Positions 28,485 to 38,299 are shown, numbered from the stretch's first letter. The stretch: 64,000 nt of DNA from Fidelibacterota bacterium (GCA_016784605.1 JADHUI010000004.1:7872-71871); one strand, 5' to 3'. Numbers and translations are program-made. Notes: generated by a model not told the origin, from the letters alone.

Positions 28485-29951
28485 ATGAGTAAAGGATTAC
28501 CTTCAAGAGATTCAGAATTTTCAGCCTGGTATAATGCGGTTGTTTCTAAAGCGGGACTGGCAGAACACGGCCCAGTAAAAGGAACAATGGTAATAAAACC
28601 ATACGGATTCCAGCTTTGGGATAATATAAAAGATATTTTTGATAAAATGATTAAAGCGACAGGGCATGTTAATGCATACTTCCCTCTATTTATCCCTAAA
28701 TCATTTTTAGCGCGTGAAGCAGAACATGTAGAAGGGTTTGCTAAGGAGTGTGCGGTGGTTACACATACTCGTTTAAAATCCGATCCGGTTCATGGCATAA
28801 TTGTAGACCCCGAATCAAAGTTAGATGAAGAAGTCATTGTTCGGCCCACATCAGAAACGGTCATTTGGTCCATGTATAAAAAATGGATCCAATCTTACCG
28901 CGATTTACCATTATTAATAAATCAATGGGCGAATGTTGTGCGGTGGGAAATGCGCACACGTTTATTTTTACGTACATCTGAATTTTTATGGCAAGAAGGG
29001 CATACAGCTCACGCCACGCCAGAAGAAGCTCAATCAGAAACGCTAGATATCCTTGAACTTTATAGACAATTAGCGGAAGATTATTTAGCGATGCCTGTAA
29101 TTACGGGAGTTAAAACTGAATCAGAAAAATTTGCCGGCGCAGATAAAACATATTGTATAGAAGCAATGATGGGAGATAAGCGAGCTTTACAAGCTGGAAC
29201 ATCTCATAACCTAGGTCAAAATTTCGCAAAAGCTTTTAATGTCACATTTCAGACAAAAGATAATCGAGAAGAATTAGTATATGCGACAAGTTGGGGCGTT
29301 AGTACACGGTTAGTTGGCGCTGTTATTTTAACTCATGGAGACGATAAAGGATTACGTCTTCCACCAAAAATTGCACCCATTCAAGTGGTTATTATTCCTA
29401 TCGCAAAGAATGATGAGCAGAAATCGGCCGTGAAACATTATTTAGAACCTATTCGCCAAGCATTAACGGAAAACGATGTCCGTTTTCACGAAGATTGGTC
29501 AGATAATTCTCCTGGATATAAATTTAATGAATGGGAAATGAAAGGCGTTCCTCTCAGGTTAGAAGTTGGCCCAAGAGATGTGGAAAGCGGCAAAGCGGTT
29601 CTTGCAAGAAGGGATACAGGTGAAAAAAGCATTCTATCGTTAGATGAAACTATTTCAACTATTCCGCCCCTATTGGATGAAATCCAAAAGGGGCTTTTTT
29701 CCCAAGCCTTAAAATTCCAAAATGATCATACATTCACCGTAGATAATTATGATTCGTTTAAAGAGAAAATAAAAGAGGGTGGGTTTATCAAATGTGGCTG
29801 GGATGGTAGAGATGAAACCGAAGCAGCTATTAAAGGTGAAACAAAAGCAACTATTCGATGTATTCCTCTAGATGAGAATCCAAAAGGTTTAACATGTATT
29901 TTTTCCGGGAAGCCTGCATTGCACGAAGTGATTTACGCCAAAGCATATTAA
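28485..29951 (+). CDS. proS: Prolyl-tRNA synthetase, archaeal/eukaryote-like type
   Basis: N-terminus FSAWYNAVVSKAGLAEHGPVKGTMVIKPYG, class II motifs (RPTSET, FLWQEGHTAH, GTSHNLG), no INS editing domain. The C-terminal domain ends in Tyr. Confidence 0.9.
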   Translation: MSKGLPSRDSEFSAWYNAVVSKAGLAEHGPVKGTMVIKPYGFQLWDNIKDIFDKMIKATGHVNAYFPLFIPKSFLAREAEHVEGFAKECAVVTHTRLKSDPVHGIIVDPESKLDEEVIVRPTSETVIWSMYKKWIQSYRDLPLLINQWANVVRWEMRTRLFLRTSEFLWQEGHTAHATPEEAQSETLDILELYRQLAEDYLAMPVITGVKTESEKFAGADKTYCIEAMMGDKRALQAGTSHNLGQNFAKAFNVTFQTKDNREELVYATSWGVSTRLVGAVILTHGDDKGLRLPPKIAPIQVVIIPIAKNDEQKSAVKHYLEPIRQALTENDVRFHEDWSDNSPGYKFNEWEMKGVPLRLEVGPRDVESGKAVLARRDTGEKSILSLDETISTIPPLLDEIQKGLFSQALKFQNDHTFTVDNYDSFKEKIKEGGFIKCGWDGRDETEAAIKGETKATIRCIPLDENPKGLTCIFSGKPALHEVIYAKAY

Positions 29952-29982
29952 GCTCGGATTATTTCGCGAATAATTCTGTTCG

Positions 29983-30669
29983 ATGCTTATTCAAACTACC
30001 GCCATTGTTTTAAAATCATTTCCTTATGGTGATACAAGTTTAATCGCTAGATGCTTCACTCTCGAAAAGGGGAAAATGAGTTTTATTATAAAAGGAGCTC
30101 GATCAAAAAAATCAGGAAGCGCTGCATTATTCCAACCCATGAGCCATATAGAACTTATATTTAATTATAAAGAGTCGAGAAATCTTCAAATTATCTCTAA
30201 AAGAAGTTTTATAGAAATTTGGCCTAATATTCAAAATGATTTAAAACGAATTACATTAGCATTGTCTATTTTAGAAATGACGGATAAAACATTGTCTGAT
30301 GAGGATCCTCACCCCGGATTATTTCATGTGTTAGTCGAAACATATCGTGCATTTAATAAAGGAAAAAATAACTTAAATGTCCTTTTTTGGTTTTATGAAT
30401 TGGCTCTTTTATCTCATTTAGGTTTTCAACCGGATTTAGACCAACGTGAATTACCAGGACTCATGCTTCCAGACCCAAGCGAAGGTCCAAAAAGTCGGAA
30501 AATATTAGAAATGTTAATAAAGGAAGATCTTGCATCCATCGAAAATTTGGAGGTTCTTCCAAAAGATAATCGTGTTATTTCTGATTATATTCAAGCAAAC
30601 TTATTTTATCATTTTGATACATTAAACCAATTAAAATCTTTAAATGTATTGAAAAAAATACTATCATAA
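29983..30669 (+). CDS. recO: DNA repair protein RecO
   Basis: The N-terminal OB-fold region TTAIVLKSFPYGDTSLIARCFTLEKGKMSFIIKGARS is typical of RecO. Length 228 aa. Confidence 0.8.
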   Translation: MLIQTTAIVLKSFPYGDTSLIARCFTLEKGKMSFIIKGARSKKSGSAALFQPMSHIELIFNYKESRNLQIISKRSFIEIWPNIQNDLKRITLALSILEMTDKTLSDEDPHPGLFHVLVETYRAFNKGKNNLNVLFWFYELALLSHLGFQPDLDQRELPGLMLPDPSEGPKSRKILEMLIKEDLASIENLEVLPKDNRVISDYIQANLFYHFDTLNQLKSLNVLKKILS

Positions 30670-31526
30670 TGAACATGACTATTAAAGGGATTCTAAGAAG
30701 AAATGATGGTAGCCCATTTATTGAAGGGGCTGATGGTGTTAAATACTTTACTGATCATCGTTTATGGAGCGGATATTTAGATCATTGGGACGGGCAACCT
30801 GTTTTTGCGCGCCTATTATCTGAATGTGATTATGAAAAAAAACAACCCATTGTAATTATGTGGCCGGATAAGCCCGTGCCTACAAAACCATATGTTGAAA
30901 TATATTATGCGCAACGATTAGTCAAATATTTAACATCCACATTGGGGCATAGTGCGATTAATGTAAATGGTGAAATTTTTAATTTTTCTCATTTGATGAA
31001 TGAAAATGAAATTATCACAGAAGAAGAATTTTTCTTTCGCCCGGCTTTAGGCGAATTTGCTCCGTCACCTAATAATGGGAAATATGAAATAACGAGTAAT
31101 GGAACACCTTATTATGACAAGTTTGGACGCAATTTTATGCGAACAATTCATGTATTGCGTATAGAGGGTATAGATGTCGAAAAATTGGGGAATATTTATA
31201 AGCACCAGTTAGATGTAATTCGATCAACACCTCCTAAGCCAAAAGAGCCGGAAGCATATTCCGGGTTTAATATGTTTACTCGGAGTTGTTCAACCATTAT
31301 TCGTGATGGACTTGTTGAATATGGATTTAGTCAAATTAAAGGGATATTTCCACGAGATTTATACATAAGCGCTGCATACCATTTATTAAAAGAAGACTCA
31401 TTAAAAGTAGAGCAAATAATAATGCCTCAATTAGTTGTCCCAGAAGCAGACTTAAGTGCCATGTCTCCAATTTTAAATCCAAAGAATTATATTAGGAATA
31501 GATTAATCACCAAAAAAACCTTATAG
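30669..31526 (+). CDS. Hypothetical protein with PPPDE/DeSI-like (permuted papain fold) His...Cys motifs
   Basis: The start ATG overlaps the recO stop (ATAATG). YVEIYYAQ...LGHSAINVNGEIFNFSH and FNMFTRSCSTIIRDGL resemble the two PPPDE motifs. This is a motif-level call only. Confidence 0.35.
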   Translation: MNMTIKGILRRNDGSPFIEGADGVKYFTDHRLWSGYLDHWDGQPVFARLLSECDYEKKQPIVIMWPDKPVPTKPYVEIYYAQRLVKYLTSTLGHSAINVNGEIFNFSHLMNENEIITEEEFFFRPALGEFAPSPNNGKYEITSNGTPYYDKFGRNFMRTIHVLRIEGIDVEKLGNIYKHQLDVIRSTPPKPKEPEAYSGFNMFTRSCSTIIRDGLVEYGFSQIKGIFPRDLYISAAYHLLKEDSLKVEQIIMPQLVVPEADLSAMSPILNPKNYIRNRLITKKTL

Positions 31527-31538
31527 ATTAATAAAGGA

Positions 31539-32783
31539 TTAATTTGCGGAAACTTGCATAATGATGCCGCATAGCCAAGCGCCATAAGTACCAACAGCAT
31601 ATCCTAAAACCGCCAATAAAACACCCACCGGAGCTAAAGATGGATGAAATGCGGATGCAATAATAGGCGCTGATGCAGCGCCCCCCACATTAGCTTGACT
31701 TCCCACCGCCATAAAAAAGAAGGGAGCTTTGATTAATTTCGCAACAACTATGAGAAGTAAAGCGTGAATTGTCATCCAAATTAGACCCACTAAAAACAAT
31801 TCAGGTTGATCAAATATGGCTAATAGATCCATTTTCATTCCAATTGTGGCTACTAATATGTATAGAAATAAACTCCCATATCTTGATGCGCCAGCCCCTT
31901 CTAAATTCCGCACTTTTGTAAACGATAATCCCAACGCCATCGTTGTGGCTAAAACAATTAGCCAAAAGAAACCAGACGTAAGACTAAATTTTTCTAATTC
32001 TGGCGCATGGGATGAAACCCAAGGAGCAATTATATCTGATCCGAAATGAGCAATACCCGTTACACCAAACCCTACACTCATTATCTTTATAGTATCTGAC
32101 AAATCGGGCATACGCAAGATTTGAGCTCGATAAGTTTCCATCTTTTCTTTGAGTCTAATAAGAGCAGAAGTATCTGCCTGAAGCCAATTATCTAATCTTT
32201 GATGAATTCCGGCACCATAAAGCAAGAAGGCCATCCAAATATTTGCAACAATAACATCAACCGCAATCATCGCTGAAAATAAATGGTCTCCCACCTGAAA
32301 AACTTCTTTCATAGCTGCTTGGTTTGCACCTCCGCCAATCCAGCTTCCAGCAACAGTTGTTAATCCACGCCAAACAGCACTAGGGCCAACGCCTCCAACA
32401 ATATCGGGGGCAAAAAATGAAATTATCATAATTGCCAATGGACCACCAATAATTATGCCAACTGTTCCCGTAAAGAACATTATTAATGCTTTGGTTCCTA
32501 GCTTTATAATGCTAGATAAATCAATACTAATGGTGAGCAAAACAAGGCTTGTTGGGAGCAAATATCTTGAAGCTACAAAATAAAGGTTTGAATATTCTCC
32601 TGAAATAATTCCAAAGGAATTAAAAAGTGAAGGAATGAAATAGCAAAGAAGTAAAGTTGGAACAAAAGTATAAAATTTCTTCCAGAAAGGATGTTCACTT
32701 TTAGATGAAATAAATACAAAAGCTAAGATTCCAATGAGGAGCCCAAGAACAACAGCATCATTTGTAAATAAAGGTTGTCCCAA
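31539..32783 (-). CDS. Polytopic membrane protein, DUF819-like
   Basis: About 12 hydrophobic helices. VAGSWIGGGANQAAM resembles DUF819/YjcL proteins. The TTG at 32783 lies 2 nt after the upstream stop. The ORF-track TTG at 32828 would overlap the PHP gene by 43 nt. Start uncertain. Confidence 0.5.
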   Translation of the reverse strand: MGQPLFTNDAVVLGLLIGILAFVFISSKSEHPFWKKFYTFVPTLLLCYFIPSLFNSFGIISGEYSNLYFVASRYLLPTSLVLLTISIDLSSIIKLGTKALIMFFTGTVGIIIGGPLAIMIISFFAPDIVGGVGPSAVWRGLTTVAGSWIGGGANQAAMKEVFQVGDHLFSAMIAVDVIVANIWMAFLLYGAGIHQRLDNWLQADTSALIRLKEKMETYRAQILRMPDLSDTIKIMSVGFGVTGIAHFGSDIIAPWVSSHAPELEKFSLTSGFFWLIVLATTMALGLSFTKVRNLEGAGASRYGSLFLYILVATIGMKMDLLAIFDQPELFLVGLIWMTIHALLLIVVAKLIKAPFFFMAVGSQANVGGAASAPIIASAFHPSLAPVGVLLAVLGYAVGTYGAWLCGIIMQVSAN

Positions 32784-32785
32784 GA

Positions 32786-34075
32786 TTATTGATTCTTTTT
32801 GGATGGCCGAACAACAGGCTGAACCCAAGCCATTTCCGCATCGCCTTTAGAAAATGGATTAGGATGCTTTTTAGTTGAAAGGATTTTTGCGCGTACATAT
32901 AGCACATCGTCTGGAATGATAAAGTTAGCGGGGTTTTCTGATGTTTCGTATAAAACTCGGCCAATGTCTTGACTATAAACATGAGCAACGTGTGATGGAA
33001 AATCTTCATCATTTACAATGGGTGTAGCTTTTGGATCAAAATCTTTGAGGGTACCAATAAATTGTGTCATAAAACGAACATCATTTTCAGGTTGAATTTG
33101 AATTGAAAAATTATTATTTGATAATTTAATATTATCAATTGTCACTCCGGTAGATGAATAAAAATCACCTTTTTCTAACGCTCGAACAATAGAAGATGGT
33201 GTTAGAGCATTGGACTTAACCATTACCCAGCCACGACCAGTATTAGATTTTCCTACTCCAAAATCATAATAAGCATGAGAATCATCTGTCGCAACGCCAT
33301 AAAACAGATTTTTATTTGTATGAAGTCTATTTGTTAAAATAATATCCCACATTCGATCTGTTCCTGGGTGAGCATCATCGCCCCAATTATTTACTCCTGG
33401 ATGTCCGTTATATACCTCAAAAAATGGATCTCCAGTTAATTGCATTAAATCTTCGGCAACAATTCCCCAACCAAAATTGGGATGGTTTACATGAGCCAAT
33501 ATAGGTTGACCCGTTTCCTGTCGTTGATGAAGAATGGCGTCTAAGTTACGCTGCATCACATCTAAAACACTTTCGCCGCCCTGAGGATGAAGAAGTGTTT
33601 GGATATTGATGGCATTAATATGAACTGGTTTTTTTTCAAATGCATCTGTGATTTCTTCAGACGGAATTAAAATAAATTTTCCAGGTACTTCAAAATAATC
33701 TTTTAATTCTTTTAATGTTTTCAGGCGCATTTGAAGTGTATCGCCGACGTATCTTAATTCAGGCCAATCGTCCCCAAACTCTTTTTTTAATTTATTCAAT
33801 TTCTCTAATGAAAAAGGAGGTGGCCACTTACTTGAATCTTCTTCATCTACAACAGGTATCCATTTTTCACCTTCAGATAAAATATTATGATCAGAAAGAG
33901 CTAAGAATTGGTAATTATTTTCCTTATACCAATTGACAACTGTTTCGGGTGGGGCGTCACCATCGCTCCAAAGAGTGTGGGTGTGAATATTTCCTTTTTG
34001 CCAAATGAGCGTTTCTTTTGAACTACATCCGAGCAATAAAAGTAAATAAAAGAAAAAGAGTACTCTATTTGGCAT
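32786..34075 (-). CDS. PHP-domain metal-dependent phosphoesterase, probable lipoprotein
   Basis: Lipobox LLLLGCSS. PHP motifs GNIHTHTLWSDGD, LALSDHN, AHVNHPNFGW, ATDDSHAY. Confidence 0.7.
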   Translation of the reverse strand: MPNRVLFFFYLLLLLGCSSKETLIWQKGNIHTHTLWSDGDAPPETVVNWYKENNYQFLALSDHNILSEGEKWIPVVDEEDSSKWPPPFSLEKLNKLKKEFGDDWPELRYVGDTLQMRLKTLKELKDYFEVPGKFILIPSEEITDAFEKKPVHINAINIQTLLHPQGGESVLDVMQRNLDAILHQRQETGQPILAHVNHPNFGWGIVAEDLMQLTGDPFFEVYNGHPGVNNWGDDAHPGTDRMWDIILTNRLHTNKNLFYGVATDDSHAYYDFGVGKSNTGRGWVMVKSNALTPSSIVRALEKGDFYSSTGVTIDNIKLSNNNFSIQIQPENDVRFMTQFIGTLKDFDPKATPIVNDEDFPSHVAHVYSQDIGRVLYETSENPANFIIPDDVLYVRAKILSTKKHPNPFSKGDAEMAWVQPVVRPSKKNQ

Positions 34076-34084
34076 CAGTTTGAA

Positions 34085-34582
34085 CTAAGACGGTCTTTTC
34101 TTCAATGTTAAACTTTTTTTAACAAGATAAACAGGCGCAAAAAATATAGCTTCAAAAAGCGGATTTATTTCTGTTGTTTTGCCATCTACAATAATCAAAG
34201 GTTGAAAGGTAAAGCCTCCTCCATCCTTTATGTTTTTAGGGCTAACAGTAAAAGTAATAGGTTTGAGTGTTCTAAGTAAGTTTAATATAGTTTTATACCC
34301 TTTTATCCCTGTTTTTGGGAAAATATTTCCATCTGCACTATTTATCCTAACATGTTTTAATAAAGTGTACTTTTCTCTAAATATTGGTTTTGACCATTTT
34401 ATGGACCCAACAGAGAATTTAAATTCAGCATTTTTAGCTATAAGCGGGTGGGGTTGAGCGTCACGTACAGCCTCTAAAAGTAGGAGAAAATAATTAATTC
34501 CGCCAAGAGAACGAGCGCTTTCATTTAAAATTTGAGATAAATCGTCTTGATTGTAAAGGTTTAAAGGATTGAAATTTTTCAT
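34085..34582 (-). CDS. Hypothetical protein (165 aa), no recognisable motif
   Basis: ORF in the minus-strand array. No signal peptide. Basic C-terminus. Confidence 0.4.
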   Translation of the reverse strand: MKNFNPLNLYNQDDLSQILNESARSLGGINYFLLLLEAVRDAQPHPLIAKNAEFKFSVGSIKWSKPIFREKYTLLKHVRINSADGNIFPKTGIKGYKTILNLLRTLKPITFTVSPKNIKDGGGFTFQPLIIVDGKTTEINPLFEAIFFAPVYLVKKSLTLKKRPS

Positions 34583-34700
34583 TCAAAAGAGTTCCATTTT
34601 ATTTATTCATTAAGGGATGAATTTTAAAACTACTTTTTGATTTATCTATTATGTTTCCTTGATATTGTATTAAAACTTTATACCCAATATTTAGAATGAA

Positions 34701-36032
34701 TTATAGTGTAGGTGTAATGCGATTAAAGGAAAATTCTACTTTTACTTTTGCGGGCATTCCGTCAATTTCCAAAACAGGATAGGCAAGGAAGTTAATGGGA
34801 CCGGATGTAGGACCTGGCTGAACAATTAAATCTCGCCCACGACTAAATTCAATTCGATTAGCGGGATGATGTCCAAAGAAATATGTGGATAAAGCAGAAC
34901 ATTTATCTCCTTCACTAATATCAACAGGCCACCACATTCCATCTGTATAGAATTCTGCCCAACAATGATACCCATCAATTCCACCTTCGTTTCTAGCCGA
35001 TGGAATTGAAGCACCAATTGCAAATCGCGCTGGAATGCCAACTGCGCGAGATAAAGCAATAAAATACGAGTGGAAATCAGTACAATTGCCATGCCTTGAA
35101 TCGCACGCATACACAGCATCACCTTTCCCCCAACCTTCGCCATACTTTATATAGCTCATACGATCAATTGTGTGGTCATATAAAGCCCGAGCTTGGGCAA
35201 GATGCCCCAATTTTCCCTTGATAACATCCTGAGCAATTTGTTTAAACAAATCATCACCGGGTACAAGGCGATTCGGGCGCAAATATACATTTGGGTCACG
35301 GCTTATATCCGAATAAACACCTCTTTCTAAATGCTCAATTTGGTAGTGCAGTACAATGGTTTCTCCGCTATGTTTTGGCATTAATTCCATATAATACACT
35401 TTATTTCCATTTTCAGATTCATCCAATATGCGTGTTTCCACAGGTGTGTCTGTCATTTTAATTTCTACTTTTTGAAAAGAATCAATAGTGGGAAATGGAA
35501 TCCATATTTGACTAGGTCCTGTTATTTCAGGTAGCGTAGCCTTATAGAAAAACTCAAATATATCTTTACCTTTAAGGACGCCGAGTAAGTCAGGTGTTGC
35601 ATCATCTGCGGGAAGACGAATCCATGTTTTGTCTTGTTTTTGTTTCCACACATACAAAGGTTGTCCATTTGTTTTGTGGATGGTGGTTTCCGTAACCACC
35701 ATTTCGCCCACATCTCCCGAAAGAAAGAAGTCCACATCGTAAACATGGCCATCTGTGCTCGCTAAATCAACGCAAGCAAAGTGTCTGTCGGGCGAAAGAT
35801 GAGCCAAGTATTCCGTATGAACGCGCACAAGTTTAAGTTTGAGTTCTCTCCCTTCGAACATTAGTTTAAAATAACCATTACCTAGATTTGTCTGTTCTTC
35901 AATATGTTTTTCTATGCCAAATTGAATATCTTCTGTAACAATATCTGGAATTTTCTTTGATGGATGAGTTGAATCGCCACAGCCGAAAAACAAAAGCGTT
36001 ATTATGTTAATGACAATTAGATGTGTTTTCAT
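34701..36032 (-). CDS. Transglutaminase-like cysteine protease-fold protein, probable lipoprotein
   Basis: Lipobox LLFFGCGDS. Transglutaminase core with Cys (HGNCTDFHSYFIALSRAVGIPAR), His (DGYHCWAEFY) and Asp (WWPVD). Confidence 0.8.
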   Translation of the reverse strand: MKTHLIVINIITLLFFGCGDSTHPSKKIPDIVTEDIQFGIEKHIEEQTNLGNGYFKLMFEGRELKLKLVRVHTEYLAHLSPDRHFACVDLASTDGHVYDVDFFLSGDVGEMVVTETTIHKTNGQPLYVWKQKQDKTWIRLPADDATPDLLGVLKGKDIFEFFYKATLPEITGPSQIWIPFPTIDSFQKVEIKMTDTPVETRILDESENGNKVYYMELMPKHSGETIVLHYQIEHLERGVYSDISRDPNVYLRPNRLVPGDDLFKQIAQDVIKGKLGHLAQARALYDHTIDRMSYIKYGEGWGKGDAVYACDSRHGNCTDFHSYFIALSRAVGIPARFAIGASIPSARNEGGIDGYHCWAEFYTDGMWWPVDISEGDKCSALSTYFFGHHPANRIEFSRGRDLIVQPGPTSGPINFLAYPVLEIDGMPAKVKVEFSFNRITPTL

Positions 36033-36110
36033 TTTAATGTATTGGGCGTTCTATGTTTTCAATAGAGTATAAACCCTATTAAGAGACAGAAAGCACTTGT
36101 TTTTAGTAAT

Positions 36111-36371
36111 CTATTTCCCGGTCGGGTGATCGCTTGATGGATGTTCGCCTTTTGGATGCTCACCAGAAGGATGTTCGCTCTTTGGATGTTCTCCAGAAGG
36201 ATGCTCACCTTTAGGATGATCTTTAGAAGGATGTTCTTTAGAAATGTTTTCTTGTGTTGGATGCTCATTTCCAGATTTTTTAGGTTTTTTGCTACAGCCA
36301 ACTAACGTTAAGGATAAAGCCAGAGCGATGGCAATAGGTAGGGTCCATTTTCTTAAATAAGTCATTTTCAT
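36111..36371 (-). CDS. Small lipoprotein with eight tandem (E/D)HP pentapeptide repeats
   Basis: The ATG at 36371 lies about 10 nt downstream of GAGGA. The ORF-track GTG at 36380 is too close to the SD. Lipobox LTLVGCS. C-terminal KEHPS KDHPK GEHPS GEHPK SEHPS GEHPK GEHPS SDHPT. Confidence 0.65.
   Translation of the reverse strand: MKMTYLRKWTLPIAIALALSLTLVGCSKKPKKSGNEHPTQENISKEHPSKDHPKGEHPSGEHPKSEHPSGEHPKGEHPSSDHPTGK
36120..36239 (-). repeat. Tandem 15-nt coding repeat (8 units) encoding the (E/D)HP pentapeptides
   Basis: On the plus strand the element ggatg(t/c)tc recurs every 15 nt (for example tttggatgctcacc agaaggatgttcgct ctttggatgttctcc agaaggatgctcacc). Confidence 0.8.
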
Positions 36372-36577
36372 TATTATCACTTTCCTCTCTTTGTTAAGTA
36401 ATGGGGTAAAAAATGTTTGAACAAGTTACATGATAGACGGAATGAAATACTAAAAAGAAAATAATTAAAAAAATAGTACGGTTTTTTTTGGCTTCAATTG
36501 GAGTGGCGATGGTTTTAATTGAACTTTTTCATCAATGTGTACTATAAAGATTGAATTATTATTAATTTTCGGAAATC

Positions 36578-37405
36578 ATGCGATACCAATTCCAATCACC
36601 ATCGGGAGGTTTATCATTTAGGCCAAAAATATTTACGGATGCTATTAAATTATTAGTGACGGTGAATTTTATCATCTTTTTTTTCCAAACCATGTCTGGC
36701 CAATCAAGGATGTTTTTTCAGTTATTCGGACTCGTTCCCAAGTCTGTTTGGTCCCAATTCATGATTTGGCAGCCAGTCACTTATTTGTTTTTTCACGGAG
36801 GTATATGGCATGTACTTATTAATATGTTTGTTCTATGGATGTTTGGAACAGAACTAGAACGGGTATGGGGAAAAGAGCGTTTTTTAAAATATTATTTTAT
36901 GACAGGTATTGGTTCTGGCTTAGTTACTTTTGTTCTTAATATTAACTCAACCATTCCTATTGTAGGGGCGAGCGGTGCTGTATATGGTGTTTTATTGGCT
37001 TATGGGCTCATGTACCCCAACAGAACAATTTATCTTTATGGTATTTTGCCTATTAAATCAGTTTGGTTCGTTATTAGTATAGGCGCTATTGCTTTTTTCT
37101 CTTCTATTGGGAACACGTCTAGCATTAGTCATATGACTCATTTGTCCGGCATGGTGATTGGTTTTTTAATTTTGCGGTCAAACTTTAGATGGAAAGAAGC
37201 CATATTTAATATTCGCAAACAAGTATTAGAGTATAAAATACATCAATACGAAAAAACAAAATCCCAACGCAATAAGTTAGAAATGGATATAAATCGCATC
37301 TTGGAAAAAATCAATCAGGATGGTTTCGATAAATTAACCCAAGAAGAAAAAGACATACTCTTCGAAGGGAGTAAGTCGCTTCATCGTCATAAGAAAAAAG
37401 ATTGA
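36578..37405 (+). CDS. Rhomboid family intramembrane serine protease
   Basis: GASGAVYGVLLAYG (catalytic Ser) and HLSGMVIGFL (catalytic His). WHVLINMFVLWMFG. Six TM helices plus a charged C-terminal tail. Confidence 0.85.
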   Translation: MRYQFQSPSGGLSFRPKIFTDAIKLLVTVNFIIFFFQTMSGQSRMFFQLFGLVPKSVWSQFMIWQPVTYLFFHGGIWHVLINMFVLWMFGTELERVWGKERFLKYYFMTGIGSGLVTFVLNINSTIPIVGASGAVYGVLLAYGLMYPNRTIYLYGILPIKSVWFVISIGAIAFFSSIGNTSSISHMTHLSGMVIGFLILRSNFRWKEAIFNIRKQVLEYKIHQYEKTKSQRNKLEMDINRILEKINQDGFDKLTQEEKDILFEGSKSLHRHKKKD

Positions 37406-37493
37406 ATCGAAAATTATTTTTCAATAAGATTTACGACGATAAGACAGGCAAACAGCCTTCTTTCCCCATACAATTAATAAACTTTAGGATCAT

Positions 37494-38291
37494 ATGGATT
37501 TAGGTACTGCAATAGGCATCACAGCAGGTTTCGGTGTTATAATTATCGGAATCATTAATGGCGGAGGCGAACTTTATTGGTTTTTAAATGTGAATTCAAT
37601 TTTATTGGTTTTAGGAGGAACCATTTCTGCAACATTGGTTAATTATCCTCTTAAAGTTTTTCTAGGCGTGGGGAGTATTCTAAAAAATGTTTTTATTAAA
37701 GAGCGTTTTGACTATATCCAAACCATTGAACAATTAGTTCAAAAAGCAGAAAAAGCTCGTAAGGATGGTATTCTTTCCCTTGAAGGTGAATTAGATCAAA
37801 TAGAAAGTAAATTTCTAAGAAAAGGTATTGAACTTGCCATAAATGAACGAGACTCTGCTCGACTTAGGGATTATTTAAGAATGGAAATGAGTAATATTAT
37901 GAGCCGTCATATATCAGGTCAAGAGATTTTCTTATATATGGGTTCTTATGCGCCTGCTTTTGGAATGCTTGGAACAGTACTTGGGTTAATTGTTATGATG
38001 AATAATTTTGGCGGATCTGGCGATGAAACTTTAGATTTTGATGTAGCAGCTAAATTTGCAGAACTTTTGGGCGGGATGGGGCTAGCACTCATTACCACTT
38101 TTTATGGAGTGTTATTTGCTAATTTAATATTTCTTCCAATTGGTGGAAAATTAAAGCGCAAATCGGAAGACGAATTAATGATGAAGAATATTATTGTAGA
38201 GGGTATTATTAGCCTTCATTCAAAAGAACATCCTATATTGATTCGCGAAAAATTAATGACCTTCATTCCTTCCAATTTGCGAACCGAATAA
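37494..38291 (+). CDS. motA: MotA/PomA-family proton (or sodium) channel stator subunit
   Basis: MotA/TolQ/ExbB-family C-terminal helices YAPAFGMLGTVLGL and ALITTFYGVLFANLIFLPIGGKL. Cytoplasmic loop and 265-aa length fit MotA rather than ExbB/TolQ. Confidence 0.7.
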   Translation: MDLGTAIGITAGFGVIIIGIINGGGELYWFLNVNSILLVLGGTISATLVNYPLKVFLGVGSILKNVFIKERFDYIQTIEQLVQKAEKARKDGILSLEGELDQIESKFLRKGIELAINERDSARLRDYLRMEMSNIMSRHISGQEIFLYMGSYAPAFGMLGTVLGLIVMMNNFGGSGDETLDFDVAAKFAELLGGMGLALITTFYGVLFANLIFLPIGGKLKRKSEDELMMKNIIVEGIISLHSKEHPILIREKLMTFIPSNLRTE

Positions 38292-38299
38292 ACAGTCAC

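Noticed and set aside
36059-36301. 80-aa alternative-frame ORF across the 15-nt tandem repeat.
   Set aside because: It is the same DNA repeat read in another frame. It has no signal peptide or SD. The chosen frame has an SD, a lipobox and a regular pentapeptide.
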